From: Rubripirellula sp. | GTDB taxonomy: Bacteria > Planctomycetota > Planctomycetia > Pirellulales > Pirellulaceae | Direction of reading: 5' to 3' | Length of the DNA: 64,000 nucleotides | Assembly: GCA_965216875.1 (NCBI GenBank) | Contig: OZ244207.1 | Span: forward strand, 7,808,001-7,872,000 | Part shown: positions 18,214-27,397 of the stretch, one piece after another | Position numbering within the stretch: the first letter of the stretch is position 1 | How the letters are laid out: every line of letters begins with the position of its first letter | Made by a program: the position numbers and the translations under genes | The notes under the pieces: generated by a model | Seen by the model: only the letters and a program-made list of their open reading frames with translations | Database searches by the model: none | What the model was told of the DNA's origin: nothing

Positions 18214-20378
18214 CGCAACAAACTGTGTCCCGCGAGACGATCCTGGACCCATGCGGTGCCAGAATCGAGCAGTGTTTGTCCCACTGTTTTTTGATTGTCA
18301 TCGGCTGATACACGAACAGATTGTTGATCGTGTAGGTGCGCGGACAATGTCGTCTTCGGTGCGAGGCGAACTTCGTACCGTGGTCGGAGCAATCGCATGG
18401 TATCGCTCTGTTTGCCAGCGCCGGTGGGGTCGACGGTGCGGACGGCGAGTGGGCCCCCGTACTGGGCGCTCAGTGAGTCGGCTGGCAGTCGGTCAGTTGG
18501 CGTGGGAGCAACCTCGGTCACTTCGCCAGTGTGTTGCAGACTTGTGCGGTCGAGCGTTGTTAGCCGCACAGAGTCTCCGATGCGGTCTTGCCATTGGTTT
18601 CGGTCCGTCTGGTCAACCGTGAACACCACCTCGATTTCATCGGGACGAACGATGCGCATCAGCGTTGTGCCTTCGCGGACGTATTGGTCCAGCCAATCCG
18701 AGAGATCATGCTCAGAGGCGATGACACCGTCGCTGGTTGCGACAATGTCCATTTTGTCGAGTTGGTTACGACGAATCTGGATCTGTTGTTTCAAACTATT
18801 GATTTGTGAGCGTTGTGCATCGATGCTGGCCGTCGCCGACTGAGCGACGAGGCGTCGGAAATTCAGGTTGGCCTTCGCAAGTTGGACGACCAAGTCGTTG
18901 TAGTCTTGCTCGAGTTCTCGGTTCTCGATCATTGCAAGTCTTTGGCCCGCTTCGACGTGCTCGCCTGTGCTGACGAAGACTTCGCGAACGAAACCATCGC
19001 TCGCGCATCGCACCGTTTCAGGCTCGTGAAATTGAATGACCCCAGTCTCAACCCCCGAGCCAGGCATTGGAATCGACGCGATCACAAACAAGATCGCTGC
19101 CGTTGTCAACAGTCCCAAAGTTGCACGGATCGGACGAAGTGTTCGAATCGTTTTTGGCAGCCCCACAATGGCTTTCGTCATCAAGGTAACGATGGCTGCA
19201 ACGGCAAGAAGTGAGCCTGCACCTTGGAACAAGTACTCTGCGGCCAGCAGGAGTCCAACAAGCACGACGACGCGCCATGCCAGGATGGCGACTCCGTAGA
19301 TTCGAAAGAATACCCCGCGTAGACCCCGCGGCGGATGACAGCCTTCGCTCGAGGTGCCGAGCACGATGCGCGAGGCCAGGCGACTCCAGTACGACGACGC
19401 GTCGGAATAGAGGTTGGGCAATCTGACCAAGTCAACAAGGATGTGATAGCCATCAAAACGCATTAAAACGTTTGCGTTGAAGATCAACGTGACCGCTGAC
19501 GCCGTGACTGCGATGGTCGCTGCGATGTGCCTGATTTCAGGTGAATGAGACAACCCAAAGACCACAACCGCCATTGCTGCGACGGCAAGTTCGGCCAGCA
19601 TTCCGGCTGCGGCGATCGCGATTCGGTCTCGGCGGCGGTTGAGTTGCCACGATCGGCTAACGTCAACAAACGGAAGCGGAAGCAATAGGATCCAGAGTAT
19701 GCCGAATTCATCGATATCGACGCCCATGCGTCGTGCGACGACCGCGTGAGCAGCTTCATGGATCACCCTGAGCACGATTGCCGCGAGACCAATTTGCCAC
19801 CACAGACCATTGTGAACGATTGGAGCAAACGCAGCATTCCACCCCGAAAGGTCACCAATCACTTGCGTGATTGCGTAGACGATCAAGGTGAGGGTCGCGA
19901 CCAGTGCGTATCGATTCGTCCAGGGCGCCGTGTAGCGGGTGAGTGTGTCGATTAGACGCGTGGGCGTTTTGAGCGAAGTCTTGACGCAAAGCGGCGAGAT
20001 GCGGACTCGTCCTTTCGTTCCTGCGTGTTTTCCGATTCGACGCACGTCGCGACTGACGTCCGCCTGCGTGGCCAGACCAGTCTTTTCAAGCCAGGCGGCG
20101 ACCGCTTCGGCTTCGCTTTGATCGAGCGCGATCTCGGGTCGCCCCGTGCGCTTAGCCAGTGCTTGCGTTGCTTCCGACGCGGTTTGGAGGTCCGTGTTTC
20201 CGTCCAGCATGGAGGCGAACGCGTATTCGGCGAACCCGATTTCGTAGTGCATGCCCGTTGCGGGATTGGTGACCGAATAGCTCGGTCCGCCAGCGAATTG
20301 GTGTGGAGTCCAAACCAAATCGGGACGCATTTGAAGGCAGGTTTCAGCTGCTGTGTCGTGCTTGGCCAATTGCGACAT
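18195..20378 (-). CDS. M50-like membrane metallopeptidase fused to a HlyD-type membrane-fusion domain, with a small N-terminal PqqD-like domain
   Basis: Multi-TM core with IHEAAH and FNANVLMRFDGYHIL; C-terminal lipoyl-like VRCASDGFVREVFVSTGEHVEAGQRLA, coiled coil and second lipoyl half. Confidence 0.85.
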   Translation of the reverse strand: MSQLAKHDTAAETCLQMRPDLVWTPHQFAGGPSYSVTNPATGMHYEIGFAEYAFASMLDGNTDLQTASEATQALAKRTGRPEIALDQSEAEAVAAWLEKTGLATQADVSRDVRRIGKHAGTKGRVRISPLCVKTSLKTPTRLIDTLTRYTAPWTNRYALVATLTLIVYAITQVIGDLSGWNAAFAPIVHNGLWWQIGLAAIVLRVIHEAAHAVVARRMGVDIDEFGILWILLLPLPFVDVSRSWQLNRRRDRIAIAAAGMLAELAVAAMAVVVFGLSHSPEIRHIAATIAVTASAVTLIFNANVLMRFDGYHILVDLVRLPNLYSDASSYWSRLASRIVLGTSSEGCHPPRGLRGVFFRIYGVAILAWRVVVLVGLLLAAEYLFQGAGSLLAVAAIVTLMTKAIVGLPKTIRTLRPIRATLGLLTTAAILFVIASIPMPGSGVETGVIQFHEPETVRCASDGFVREVFVSTGEHVEAGQRLAMIENRELEQDYNDLVVQLAKANLNFRRLVAQSATASIDAQRSQINSLKQQIQIRRNQLDKMDIVATSDGVIASEHDLSDWLDQYVREGTTLMRIVRPDEIEVVFTVDQTDRNQWQDRIGDSVRLTTLDRTSLQHTGEVTEVAPTPTDRLPADSLSAQYGGPLAVRTVDPTGAGKQSDTMRLLRPRYEVRLAPKTTLSAHLHDQQSVRVSADDNQKTVGQTLLDSGTAWVQDRLAGHSLLRQFSNF

Positions 20379-20380
20379 CC

Positions 20381-22195
20381 CTACATCCAAAACTTTGAAG
20401 CTTGCTGCAGGCAACGTTTGAGGACGACATTCCAAAGTGGACGTTTTTCGCCAATCACTTTGGCGACACCACTAGCGCCTGGGCGGAGGATTCCGCCTTC
20501 GTTGTCGATCGAAGCGCGAGCGATGAACACGTTTTGCCCACCACGGATCTTGGCGCTCGATTGAATCGAATCGATGGTTGCGGTCATTGATTCGCTACCG
20601 AAGGCGTCAAAGGCAACTTGCACGGTCATGCCTTCGGCGATTTCAGCGAGTTCGTCTTCCGGAATCGCTATTTCGAGCCAGAGCTTGTCGAGGTTGGCAA
20701 CTTCGGCGATCAATTGGCCCGTTGTGACCGGTGCGCCTTGAACCCCATCGAGTTCGCCGGCAATGATCACACCCTCGATGGGCGAAGTGACGGCAAGGTT
20801 GTTTTGGCGATGTTGCACCAACTCGATTTCCTGGTCGATGCGAGCCAGTTCCAATTCAGCTAGTTGTTGATCGGCGACTTGGTCACGGGCGCGATGGACA
20901 TCACGCTGTTTGAGAGCCCGGTCTTGGTCGGCTCGAAGCGCAGCCAGCTGGATTTGCAACTCCCGATCGTCCATCGTCGCGATCAAACTGTCGTAACGAA
21001 CCAGGTCGCCGATGCGGGCATGCGTGTTGCTGAGCGTGCCAGCGTGAGGTGCAACGATGAAACCGCGGTTTTGGGGAATGAGTGTCGCTGACGCAGGGAC
21101 CCGATAGTGGACCGGAAGGAATCCGATCGCAATCAGAACGGCGGAGGCGAGCGCAAAGGTTCGGTGAGCGTTGAGAAGTGATCCAAGGTTGCCCCAGAAC
21201 TTGCTAAATCCGGATTGGTGGTTTGCACGCCAAAGCGAAAGGCTCTTGCCGACAAGATCGCCAATCTGTGAGAGCTGTTCGCGCTGGAACATCTCGCGAT
21301 CCGAACCGACGCAAGAGATCACCGCCTGCAATACGCCATGGTCGTCAAACACAGGAATGCTGCCGACGACGCAATCGGATTGACGCGGCCGATCACTGAT
21401 CTGCTCGGCAAGTCCGCGGTGGGCAAGGGTAGCGGCCTTGTTTTCGTCCAGGTCGGGCCAACGGGTGACTTCGCGGCGCAGGAGCGTTTCGGCGAAAACG
21501 TTTTGCCACTTGGATTCGGCGATAGGATCGCCCGAACCGCCGATTGCCGCTACCGAGATTCGCTGGTCGGTCTCGGAACGCACAAAGCCAATTGCGGTTT
21601 GGTAGGCACCGGTATGAATGGCAATCAGATCGACGACGTGTTCGGCAAGTTGTCGTTGGTTGTCACTCGCAAAGATCAAATGTTGTAGTTCGGCGAGCCA
21701 CAAATGATCAGCTGCCCTGTTTGTTCGGGAGCCTGATTCGCGTTGAGTTTGCCACAGCCTTCCGTACGAAGCCGCAAGTTGCAGTGAAAGTACAAACGGT
21801 TCGACCGCGGCTTGACCGAGTTGCAACGCAATGGTCACGACCGCCGTCTCCCCTTCGATCACGCCGATCGGTGTCGCGATCAACGTGGGCAATTCAAGAC
21901 GCGATAGCTCGGTACGTTGGTTCGCCAAAGCCGCAAGGGCAAGCTGAGTGACACGCGCCGCACCAGCCGCGTCAAAGTGCTCCTTTGACCCATTGACCAA
22001 CGTCGCTGTGACCTGGTTGTGGTCGCTAAATCGTTGCACAACGCAACAATCGGCGTTGGTCATTTGCGCGGCGAGTTGTCCCAGTTGCCCCAGAAAGTCG
22101 TTTGCATCGAGGGTCGGATCGTTGTTCGATGCAAGTGATTCAAGATGCTTGGGAAGGGACGCCAAGTCGAGGGTCACTGCGGAAGGTTCCTTCAT
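20381..22195 (-). CDS. GAF-like domain(s) fused to a HlyD-type membrane-fusion protein
   Basis: About 330-aa cytoplasmic region with GAF-like patterns (LIATPIG, VVGSIPV), one TM, then IVAPHAGTL, coiled coil, VTSPIEGVI, LRPGASG. Confidence 0.8.
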   Translation of the reverse strand: MKEPSAVTLDLASLPKHLESLASNNDPTLDANDFLGQLGQLAAQMTNADCCVVQRFSDHNQVTATLVNGSKEHFDAAGAARVTQLALAALANQRTELSRLELPTLIATPIGVIEGETAVVTIALQLGQAAVEPFVLSLQLAASYGRLWQTQRESGSRTNRAADHLWLAELQHLIFASDNQRQLAEHVVDLIAIHTGAYQTAIGFVRSETDQRISVAAIGGSGDPIAESKWQNVFAETLLRREVTRWPDLDENKAATLAHRGLAEQISDRPRQSDCVVGSIPVFDDHGVLQAVISCVGSDREMFQREQLSQIGDLVGKSLSLWRANHQSGFSKFWGNLGSLLNAHRTFALASAVLIAIGFLPVHYRVPASATLIPQNRGFIVAPHAGTLSNTHARIGDLVRYDSLIATMDDRELQIQLAALRADQDRALKQRDVHRARDQVADQQLAELELARIDQEIELVQHRQNNLAVTSPIEGVIIAGELDGVQGAPVTTGQLIAEVANLDKLWLEIAIPEDELAEIAEGMTVQVAFDAFGSESMTATIDSIQSSAKIRGGQNVFIARASIDNEGGILRPGASGVAKVIGEKRPLWNVVLKRCLQQASKFWM

Positions 22196-22503
22196 ACCGA
22201 GCTGCCCTCGCTAGTGCTGGTTGCATCGAACGCGAGTGGGGGCAAACTCGCACGCCCTTGATTGGGTTCGGCTGGCCGTGACCGCAGAAGTTGTCCGAGC
22301 AGGCTGTGCAACCGTTCGGCTGCTGACCAAGGCAGAGCAAGTCGCGTGTGAATAGGCAATTGGTCCGCCGAACCCTCTGATCCAGCGGCCACCACGGCGG
22401 CTCCGCAATCGAGGATCACTTCCTCTTCGCCCGCTGCAGCGATGAACTGGGACGTGTAGAGCAGGTTATGGTTGCTGTAGACGAATTCAACGGGTTGATT
22501 CAT
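22192..22503 (-). CDS. Small cytoplasmic protein, DUF3467-like
   Basis: 103 aa; YTSQF...EEVILDCG...RLALPWSAAERLHSLL resembles the DUF3467 pattern; ATGA overlap with the next gene. Confidence 0.65.
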   Translation of the reverse strand: MNQPVEFVYSNHNLLYTSQFIAAAGEEEVILDCGAAVVAAGSEGSADQLPIHTRLALPWSAAERLHSLLGQLLRSRPAEPNQGRASLPPLAFDATSTSEGSSV

Positions 22504-22558
22504 GGCTCGGTCAGTCGTTAGTGCGGATTGCTTCAAAGTCTGGTGTGTTGGAAACGGG

Positions 22559-23464
22559 CTAGCGTGACGGGTTGATTTCGGGCCAATTCCAAGTCGCGAG
22601 CAGTCCGCTACGGAGTTTGGACTCGTGATTATTGATTCGAATGTCGACACGAACGGTTCCCGATTCGCTGTCCGTGATGGGCGAAACGAAATCGATTTTG
22701 CCGTCGACGACACGTTCAAGTTCGCTGAGTTGCAACCTGACTTGTTGCTCTGGTTGCAACTGGAATGCGAGTTTGGTCGGAACGTTCAATCGCAATCGCA
22801 GTTGTTTGAGAATCGCGATCTTTGCAATCACCGGATCCGAAGCCGCCGCGTATTCCCCTTTGCGACGTTTCATTTCGATCACCACACCATCAATCGGTGA
22901 GCGAACGACGTGACTCTCGATTTGGGCTTCGATCCGAGCAACCTCGGCGGCCGCAATATCGATTTTCTCTTGAGCCGCGAGCAATGCGGACTCCGCTTCT
23001 CGCACGACAAGTTCCGCTTGGTCGACCTCGGTTTGGCTGGCGTGCGACTCATCGAACAAAGCGGTCAGGTCCTCATGCCGTTTGGCGGCATGGTTCAGGC
23101 GTGCACGAGCCGATTCGGCTTCACCCATTGCACTTGCACGCTGCTTGGCCACTTCAAGGCTGGCTCGCAGAACAGCATCGTCAAGTCGCGCGATGGCGTC
23201 GCCCGCGGACACTGTCGCACCATCCTTTGCGATGACGTCTGCAAGCCGCCCCGGTTGGGCGACGGCCACTTCGATCGATTCCCACGGTTGCAAGAACCCA
23301 ACCGACGCTCTCGGGGACACCGAATAGGTCGCGGATCTTGCCGCGGTCAGTCTCGGCGTCTTCGCGTCAACGGTTGCGGATCCTGCGATCGCGACCACGG
23401 CGATGAAGGCGTGTCGAACGCAAGAATGCTTGAAGCTCGGTGTGTGTTTGCCCATCCTATTCAT
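22559..23464 (-). CDS. RND/HlyD family periplasmic adaptor (membrane-fusion protein)
   Basis: Signal/TM, VAVAQPGRLADV, coiled coil, VRSPIDGVV, FVSPITDSESGTVRV, LRSGL. Confidence 0.92.
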   Translation of the reverse strand: MNRMGKHTPSFKHSCVRHAFIAVVAIAGSATVDAKTPRLTAARSATYSVSPRASVGFLQPWESIEVAVAQPGRLADVIAKDGATVSAGDAIARLDDAVLRASLEVAKQRASAMGEAESARARLNHAAKRHEDLTALFDESHASQTEVDQAELVVREAESALLAAQEKIDIAAAEVARIEAQIESHVVRSPIDGVVIEMKRRKGEYAAASDPVIAKIAILKQLRLRLNVPTKLAFQLQPEQQVRLQLSELERVVDGKIDFVSPITDSESGTVRVDIRINNHESKLRSGLLATWNWPEINPSR

Positions 23465-25452
23465 CTCGCTTGACCTGCTGATAAGTCGGGGCGTGTTGAA
23501 ACGTTGGGGCGTGAGAATGCTTTGTGGGGCAAGTCTTCGGCAACATGAACGTCTTCGATCATGCCTTGGAAGTTGGATTGTCCAAAGTAGCCTTGGCCAA
23601 CTTGAGGCGTGCTACTGACGCCCGTGGGTCTGCGTTGGTCTGATGGGCTTGCTGGGCCACTCGATTGGACGGGAGCGGGTACGGGAAGCTGTTCCACTTC
23701 AACCGGATCAAAGTATTGGATCGAGGTCGGCGTCGTGTCCGTTTTGTCCAGAATGGTTGTTGGCAAACAGTTTTCGCATCCGCGACCCACTTCGACGTGT
23801 TCGGCTTCGAGCAGCGTTCCGTCAGCACGTTTCAGGTTGATGAGGGACAAGCCGTAGGTGGTTTCCGCTTCGAGGAATGCAAACTCGGTCGCGGCCAAAC
23901 GTTCTTGAGCGCGAAGGAGGTCTTCCAAGTAGAGATTGACCGAGCGTTCTTCACCGCCCAAACGACGCCAGCGGCCTTCGATGTAATCAACTTCTTCACC
24001 TGCTGCACGCATCGATTGATACTTGGCGAGCATGTCTTGGTAACCGGTCTCGACTTCACGGATCGCGACCTTAACTTCAAGCATCAACGTTTCGACCGTC
24101 GCCTTGAACTGGTTTTGAAGCTGTCGCAGTTCGAGTTGACGACGGCGCAAACGGGCTTTGGCGGCCCGACGGCCGATCGGAACCTCGTAAGTCAATGCGG
24201 CGCTATAGCTTGGTTCACCCACGCTGAATTGATCGACCCAAGCACCACCAATGTCGCTGTTGCCACGAAGGCCTGAGACGTACGCATCGAGCACGACATC
24301 CAGTTGCGGCAACAACTCATTGCGGCTCATGCCAAGTCGGACCGAAGCGGCACGAATCTGACGCAGGGATTGGTTCAATTCTGGACGACGGTCGAGTGCG
24401 GTCGAAAGCGTCGTGACCGGGTCGGTGGCAATGTGGTCGCGCGTTGGCCGATCAACGGGGACGATTTCCAAACCTTCGGTCAACGCGAGTTCCGGATCGT
24501 TGATCAGTGCATTCAAACGATCTTGTGAGTTGCGGATCGCCATTTGTGCTCGCACCAACTCACTGCGACGTTGGAAAACCGCTGCTTCGGTACGAATCAA
24601 CTGACTTTGAACAGTGTCGATCGACGCACGCGCTCGAAGTTCTGATTCGATCTTTTCAGCACGCTCGAGAAGTCGTTGCTTCTGCAAGAGTGAACCGCGT
24701 TCGAGGTAGAGCGCCCAATAAGCGCGAGCGATCTCGAGAAGGTGACTTTGCAGCTGGCGACTGAATTCGTCGTTCGACACAGACGCATCGATATCAGCGA
24801 GGACAATCAGGCTCTTGTTGTAGACTTCGCCAGCGCCACGCAGCAAGGGTTGTGTGTAGTTGACGTTCCAGCGCGAAGTGCCCTGGTTGTTGGGTTGGAA
24901 GAAATTGCTGTTGTTGTTTTGGTGCGCAATCCGCTGGCTCGTTTCGAACGTTCCACCTTTTGTGTTGCGCCGCGAAACACCTGCCGAGCTGCTCCAAAGG
25001 TGGTCGCGATAGCGCGGAGACCCACCGGTGGTCAAAATGTTGCCGACCGGATCGCTGATGTCGTCCCAGCGAGTGTCGAGGAACAGTTTCCAGTCGAAGG
25101 CCGCTTGGGCTTCATCAACCGCTGTCTCACGGATCAGTGGCAAGTCGCCAAACACCTTGACCTGCGCCGAGTGCTGGAGCGCTCGGTAAAGTAGTTCGTC
25201 AAGGGTTGCTTGTATGACCGGTCCACGTTCGACAATCGAGCCTTGCATGTCGTCTTGCCACCATGGTAAGTACGATGCAGGCAGTTTTTGTTGGTGTGGA
25301 GCGGTTGAGTGTTCGAGGTTGTGTGCGGCCAGCGGTATGCGTTGACGGTACTGGTCACGCAACCCGCCTTGGTATTGTTGGGCGTTCGCCTTTCCCAACA
25401 ATAGCAGTGGCCAGATGACCAAGGTCATCAAGGTTGTGGCGCGAATAAACAA
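23461..25452 (-). CDS. TolC family outer-membrane efflux protein
   Basis: Signal peptide, YTQPLLRGAG, IARAYWALY, RRPEL, NELLPQLD, YEVPIG; TTG start after an AGGAAGGA ribosome-binding site. Confidence 0.9.
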   Translation of the reverse strand: MFIRATTLMTLVIWPLLLLGKANAQQYQGGLRDQYRQRIPLAAHNLEHSTAPHQQKLPASYLPWWQDDMQGSIVERGPVIQATLDELLYRALQHSAQVKVFGDLPLIRETAVDEAQAAFDWKLFLDTRWDDISDPVGNILTTGGSPRYRDHLWSSSAGVSRRNTKGGTFETSQRIAHQNNNSNFFQPNNQGTSRWNVNYTQPLLRGAGEVYNKSLIVLADIDASVSNDEFSRQLQSHLLEIARAYWALYLERGSLLQKQRLLERAEKIESELRARASIDTVQSQLIRTEAAVFQRRSELVRAQMAIRNSQDRLNALINDPELALTEGLEIVPVDRPTRDHIATDPVTTLSTALDRRPELNQSLRQIRAASVRLGMSRNELLPQLDVVLDAYVSGLRGNSDIGGAWVDQFSVGEPSYSAALTYEVPIGRRAAKARLRRRQLELRQLQNQFKATVETLMLEVKVAIREVETGYQDMLAKYQSMRAAGEEVDYIEGRWRRLGGEERSVNLYLEDLLRAQERLAATEFAFLEAETTYGLSLINLKRADGTLLEAEHVEVGRGCENCLPTTILDKTDTTPTSIQYFDPVEVEQLPVPAPVQSSGPASPSDQRRPTGVSSTPQVGQGYFGQSNFQGMIEDVHVAEDLPHKAFSRPNVSTRPDLSAGQAR

Positions 25453-25458
25453 GGGACA

Positions 25459-25661
25459 GTATCCTTCCTAATACCCTTTGCCAAGCACATCGAATCTGCT
25501 CAACGTTTCCGTTTGTGTGGGGATGCGCCAACATCCATCGGCGCTGTTGCACAGAAATCTGCGCAACCCCAATCGATCGGTATCGTTAAGCCTGCATGTG
25601 AAACGGGATTCGAGTCCCCATGCCGGCAAATGTGGGTACAGACCATCCTCCTTGATGGTCT
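25459..25661 (-). promoter_or_regulatory. Structured 5' leader with three GGA-loop hairpins (putative CsrA/RsmA-type sites)
   Basis: Minus-strand hairpins agaccatc-AAGGAG-gatggtct (25640-25661), gcgccga-TGGATG-ttggcgc (25525-25544) and gtatt-AGGAAG-gatac (25459-25474, containing the Shine-Dalgarno). Confidence 0.55.
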
Positions 25662-26043
25662 CAAGGTTCGACCCGTCAATGAAGACGTGTGGGGAAGCCG
25701 ATCCTCATCAAAGTTTATCGACACCCCCGAAATTCGATTTTGCGAAGACAACCGCCGTTTGGCAAATGTGCCAGCGGTGGGGTGCGAGGAACGGTAGAAC
25801 TGGAACATCCCAAACCCCCAACTGCTAAAGTTGAGCATGTGGAGTGGTTCGGTCGTGGTGACTGTTCCGGTTAGCGCTCGGCCTATCGCAGTTTTGACGA
25901 GACCAACGAATGTGTCGCCAACTGCCCCGCACCGATCTTCACACCGACCAGGGGGGGCGATTATCGGGTGTTATGGGCAACTTGGTCGTGCCCGCCGACC
26001 CAACCTGGGGCCGAGAAAACCCTGATGAAATTCGGTTGACTTG

Positions 26044-26188
26044 GTAGTGGACGAGGCCACGAGTCCCGTCAGTCTCGTAGTGGACGAGGCCACGAGTCCC
26101 TTTCGTTCCGTCCTCACTCCGATGAGAAGCTTTAACGATTAGAGGACGCGTGGCTTGCACGAATGAAAAGGGACTCGATGTCCACAAC
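26044..26188. repeat. REP-like cluster, family E (gtagtggacgaggccacgagtccc x2 direct, plus a degenerate inverted copy)
   Basis: Exact 24-bp copies at 26044-26067 and 26077-26100; gggactcgatgtccacaac at 26170-26188. Confidence 0.85.
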
Positions 26189-26200
26189 CGCTATGCCGTT

Positions 26201-27001
26201 CTAGTCGGCCATTTCCCAAATGTAAGCGGCGTGCACGATATCGGAGATTTCGAGCGAGTAATGCGTCCGACGTTCGACGAACTTCGATTCTTTCTTCGTT
26301 TCGGTGTAGCTGCGTTTGCCGCGGACCAGACCGAGCACGAGCGGTAAGCCGTCGGCCGAACGCTCGGTGGCATGGATCACTGGGCCACCACTGTCGCCAC
26401 CCCAGGCAGTGATATCGGCCATGAAGAAGGTGTGCGAATCAATGGGGGCAAGCGGAAAGCTCGCGATGCTGCCACTGCGCACGATCGGAAATCCAGCGTT
26501 GTTTGATTCGAGTCGCTCGGGATAGACCGCGGCGCGAATGCTGTCGCCCACGAAGACTCGTTCGAGATCTTTTTCCCTTGCAAAGCAGGTCACCGGAATC
26601 GGCGAGACATTGATGTCCTTTGGCAGCGGGAAGATCGCGATGTCATGCTTGGGGTGTTTCTTCCAGAGGCGGCGACCGTCGTCATCGCGAATTCGAAGCG
26701 GAACATCGACCCGTTGGTATTGTTTGTCCTCACGCAATTTACGCGTGACAAGGATCATCTTGGTGCCCTTCATATGATCAAGCACGTGATGGGCGGTCAC
26801 GATTGCGATCTTGTCACTTCCGTCTTCGTGTTTGCCGAAGGAGACAGCCAAGCCACCGGCAGTCGATGCATCGTTAAAAAGTTTGTGCGTTGCCAAGACA
26901 AGTCGTTGGGTCGCTTCATCGGCCCGAAGGATTTTAGGCGTCGCGAAGCTGAAACCGAACACAGTGACGATCGCGAGGACGACAGAGTGGACTTTCATCA
27001 T
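26201..27001 (-). CDS. Secreted trypsin-like serine protease
   Basis: Signal peptide; triad motifs IVTAHHV, HDIA, GGDSGGPV. Confidence 0.88.
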   Translation of the reverse strand: MMKVHSVVLAIVTVFGFSFATPKILRADEATQRLVLATHKLFNDASTAGGLAVSFGKHEDGSDKIAIVTAHHVLDHMKGTKMILVTRKLREDKQYQRVDVPLRIRDDDGRRLWKKHPKHDIAIFPLPKDINVSPIPVTCFAREKDLERVFVGDSIRAAVYPERLESNNAGFPIVRSGSIASFPLAPIDSHTFFMADITAWGGDSGGPVIHATERSADGLPLVLGLVRGKRSYTETKKESKFVERRTHYSLEISDIVHAAYIWEMAD

Positions 27002-27040
27002 GCTGAAGAAACTCTTGGGAAGTGAATCGTAGCGGGCTTG

Positions 27041-27397
27041 CTAGGAAGGGTTTGGAATGTACCGGTTCATCAGTTCGGCGTAGTCTTCTCGTACCGGACT
27101 GAAGACATCAAGCACCAACGCGGGACCGCCAATCGCCGTCGCTTTGTGCGGGACGTTTGGCGGAATGATAAACATCGAACGTGGTTGGACGGTCCGAGTT
27201 TCGTCACCGATTGTCAGCTCTAGGCATCCTTCAAGCAACATGCCAGCCTGCTCATGCGGATGATCGTGAAGGGGGATGGTGGCGCCTTCGTCCATCTCGA
27301 GGTAGGAGAGCATGAGGTTTTCGCCATAAGGTGTTCGCAACCGGCACCCTGGAACGACTTCTTGGGGGGCAATGTCTTTGGCGTCGATGAAAGGCAT
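27041..27397 (-). CDS. Cupin domain protein
   Basis: PLHDHPHEQ and IPPNVPH cupin motifs; DVFSPVREDY. Confidence 0.92.
   Translation of the reverse strand: MPFIDAKDIAPQEVVPGCRLRTPYGENLMLSYLEMDEGATIPLHDHPHEQAGMLLEGCLELTIGDETRTVQPRSMFIIPPNVPHKATAIGGPALVLDVFSPVREDYAELMNRYIPNPS

Noticed and set aside
25600..25680. tRNA T-arm-like strings (gggattcgagtcccc, ggttcgaccc)
   Set aside because: I could not build acceptor, D or anticodon stems around them.
25761..25773. TGGCAC...TTGC sigma-54-like site upstream of tolC (also tggcacg near 58010)
   Set aside because: The GG-to-GC spacing is not the required 10 nt.
25478..26025. Short ORFs in the tolC upstream region as a candidate cargo or precursor peptide
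   Set aside because: No convincing ribosome-binding site, leader motif or protein-like composition; the region is better explained as a regulatory leader.
26044..26100. Two exact 24-bp direct repeats that could suggest a CRISPR array
   Set aside because: Only two units with a 9-bp spacer, a GTAG start typical of REPs, a degenerate inverted copy nearby and no cas genes.
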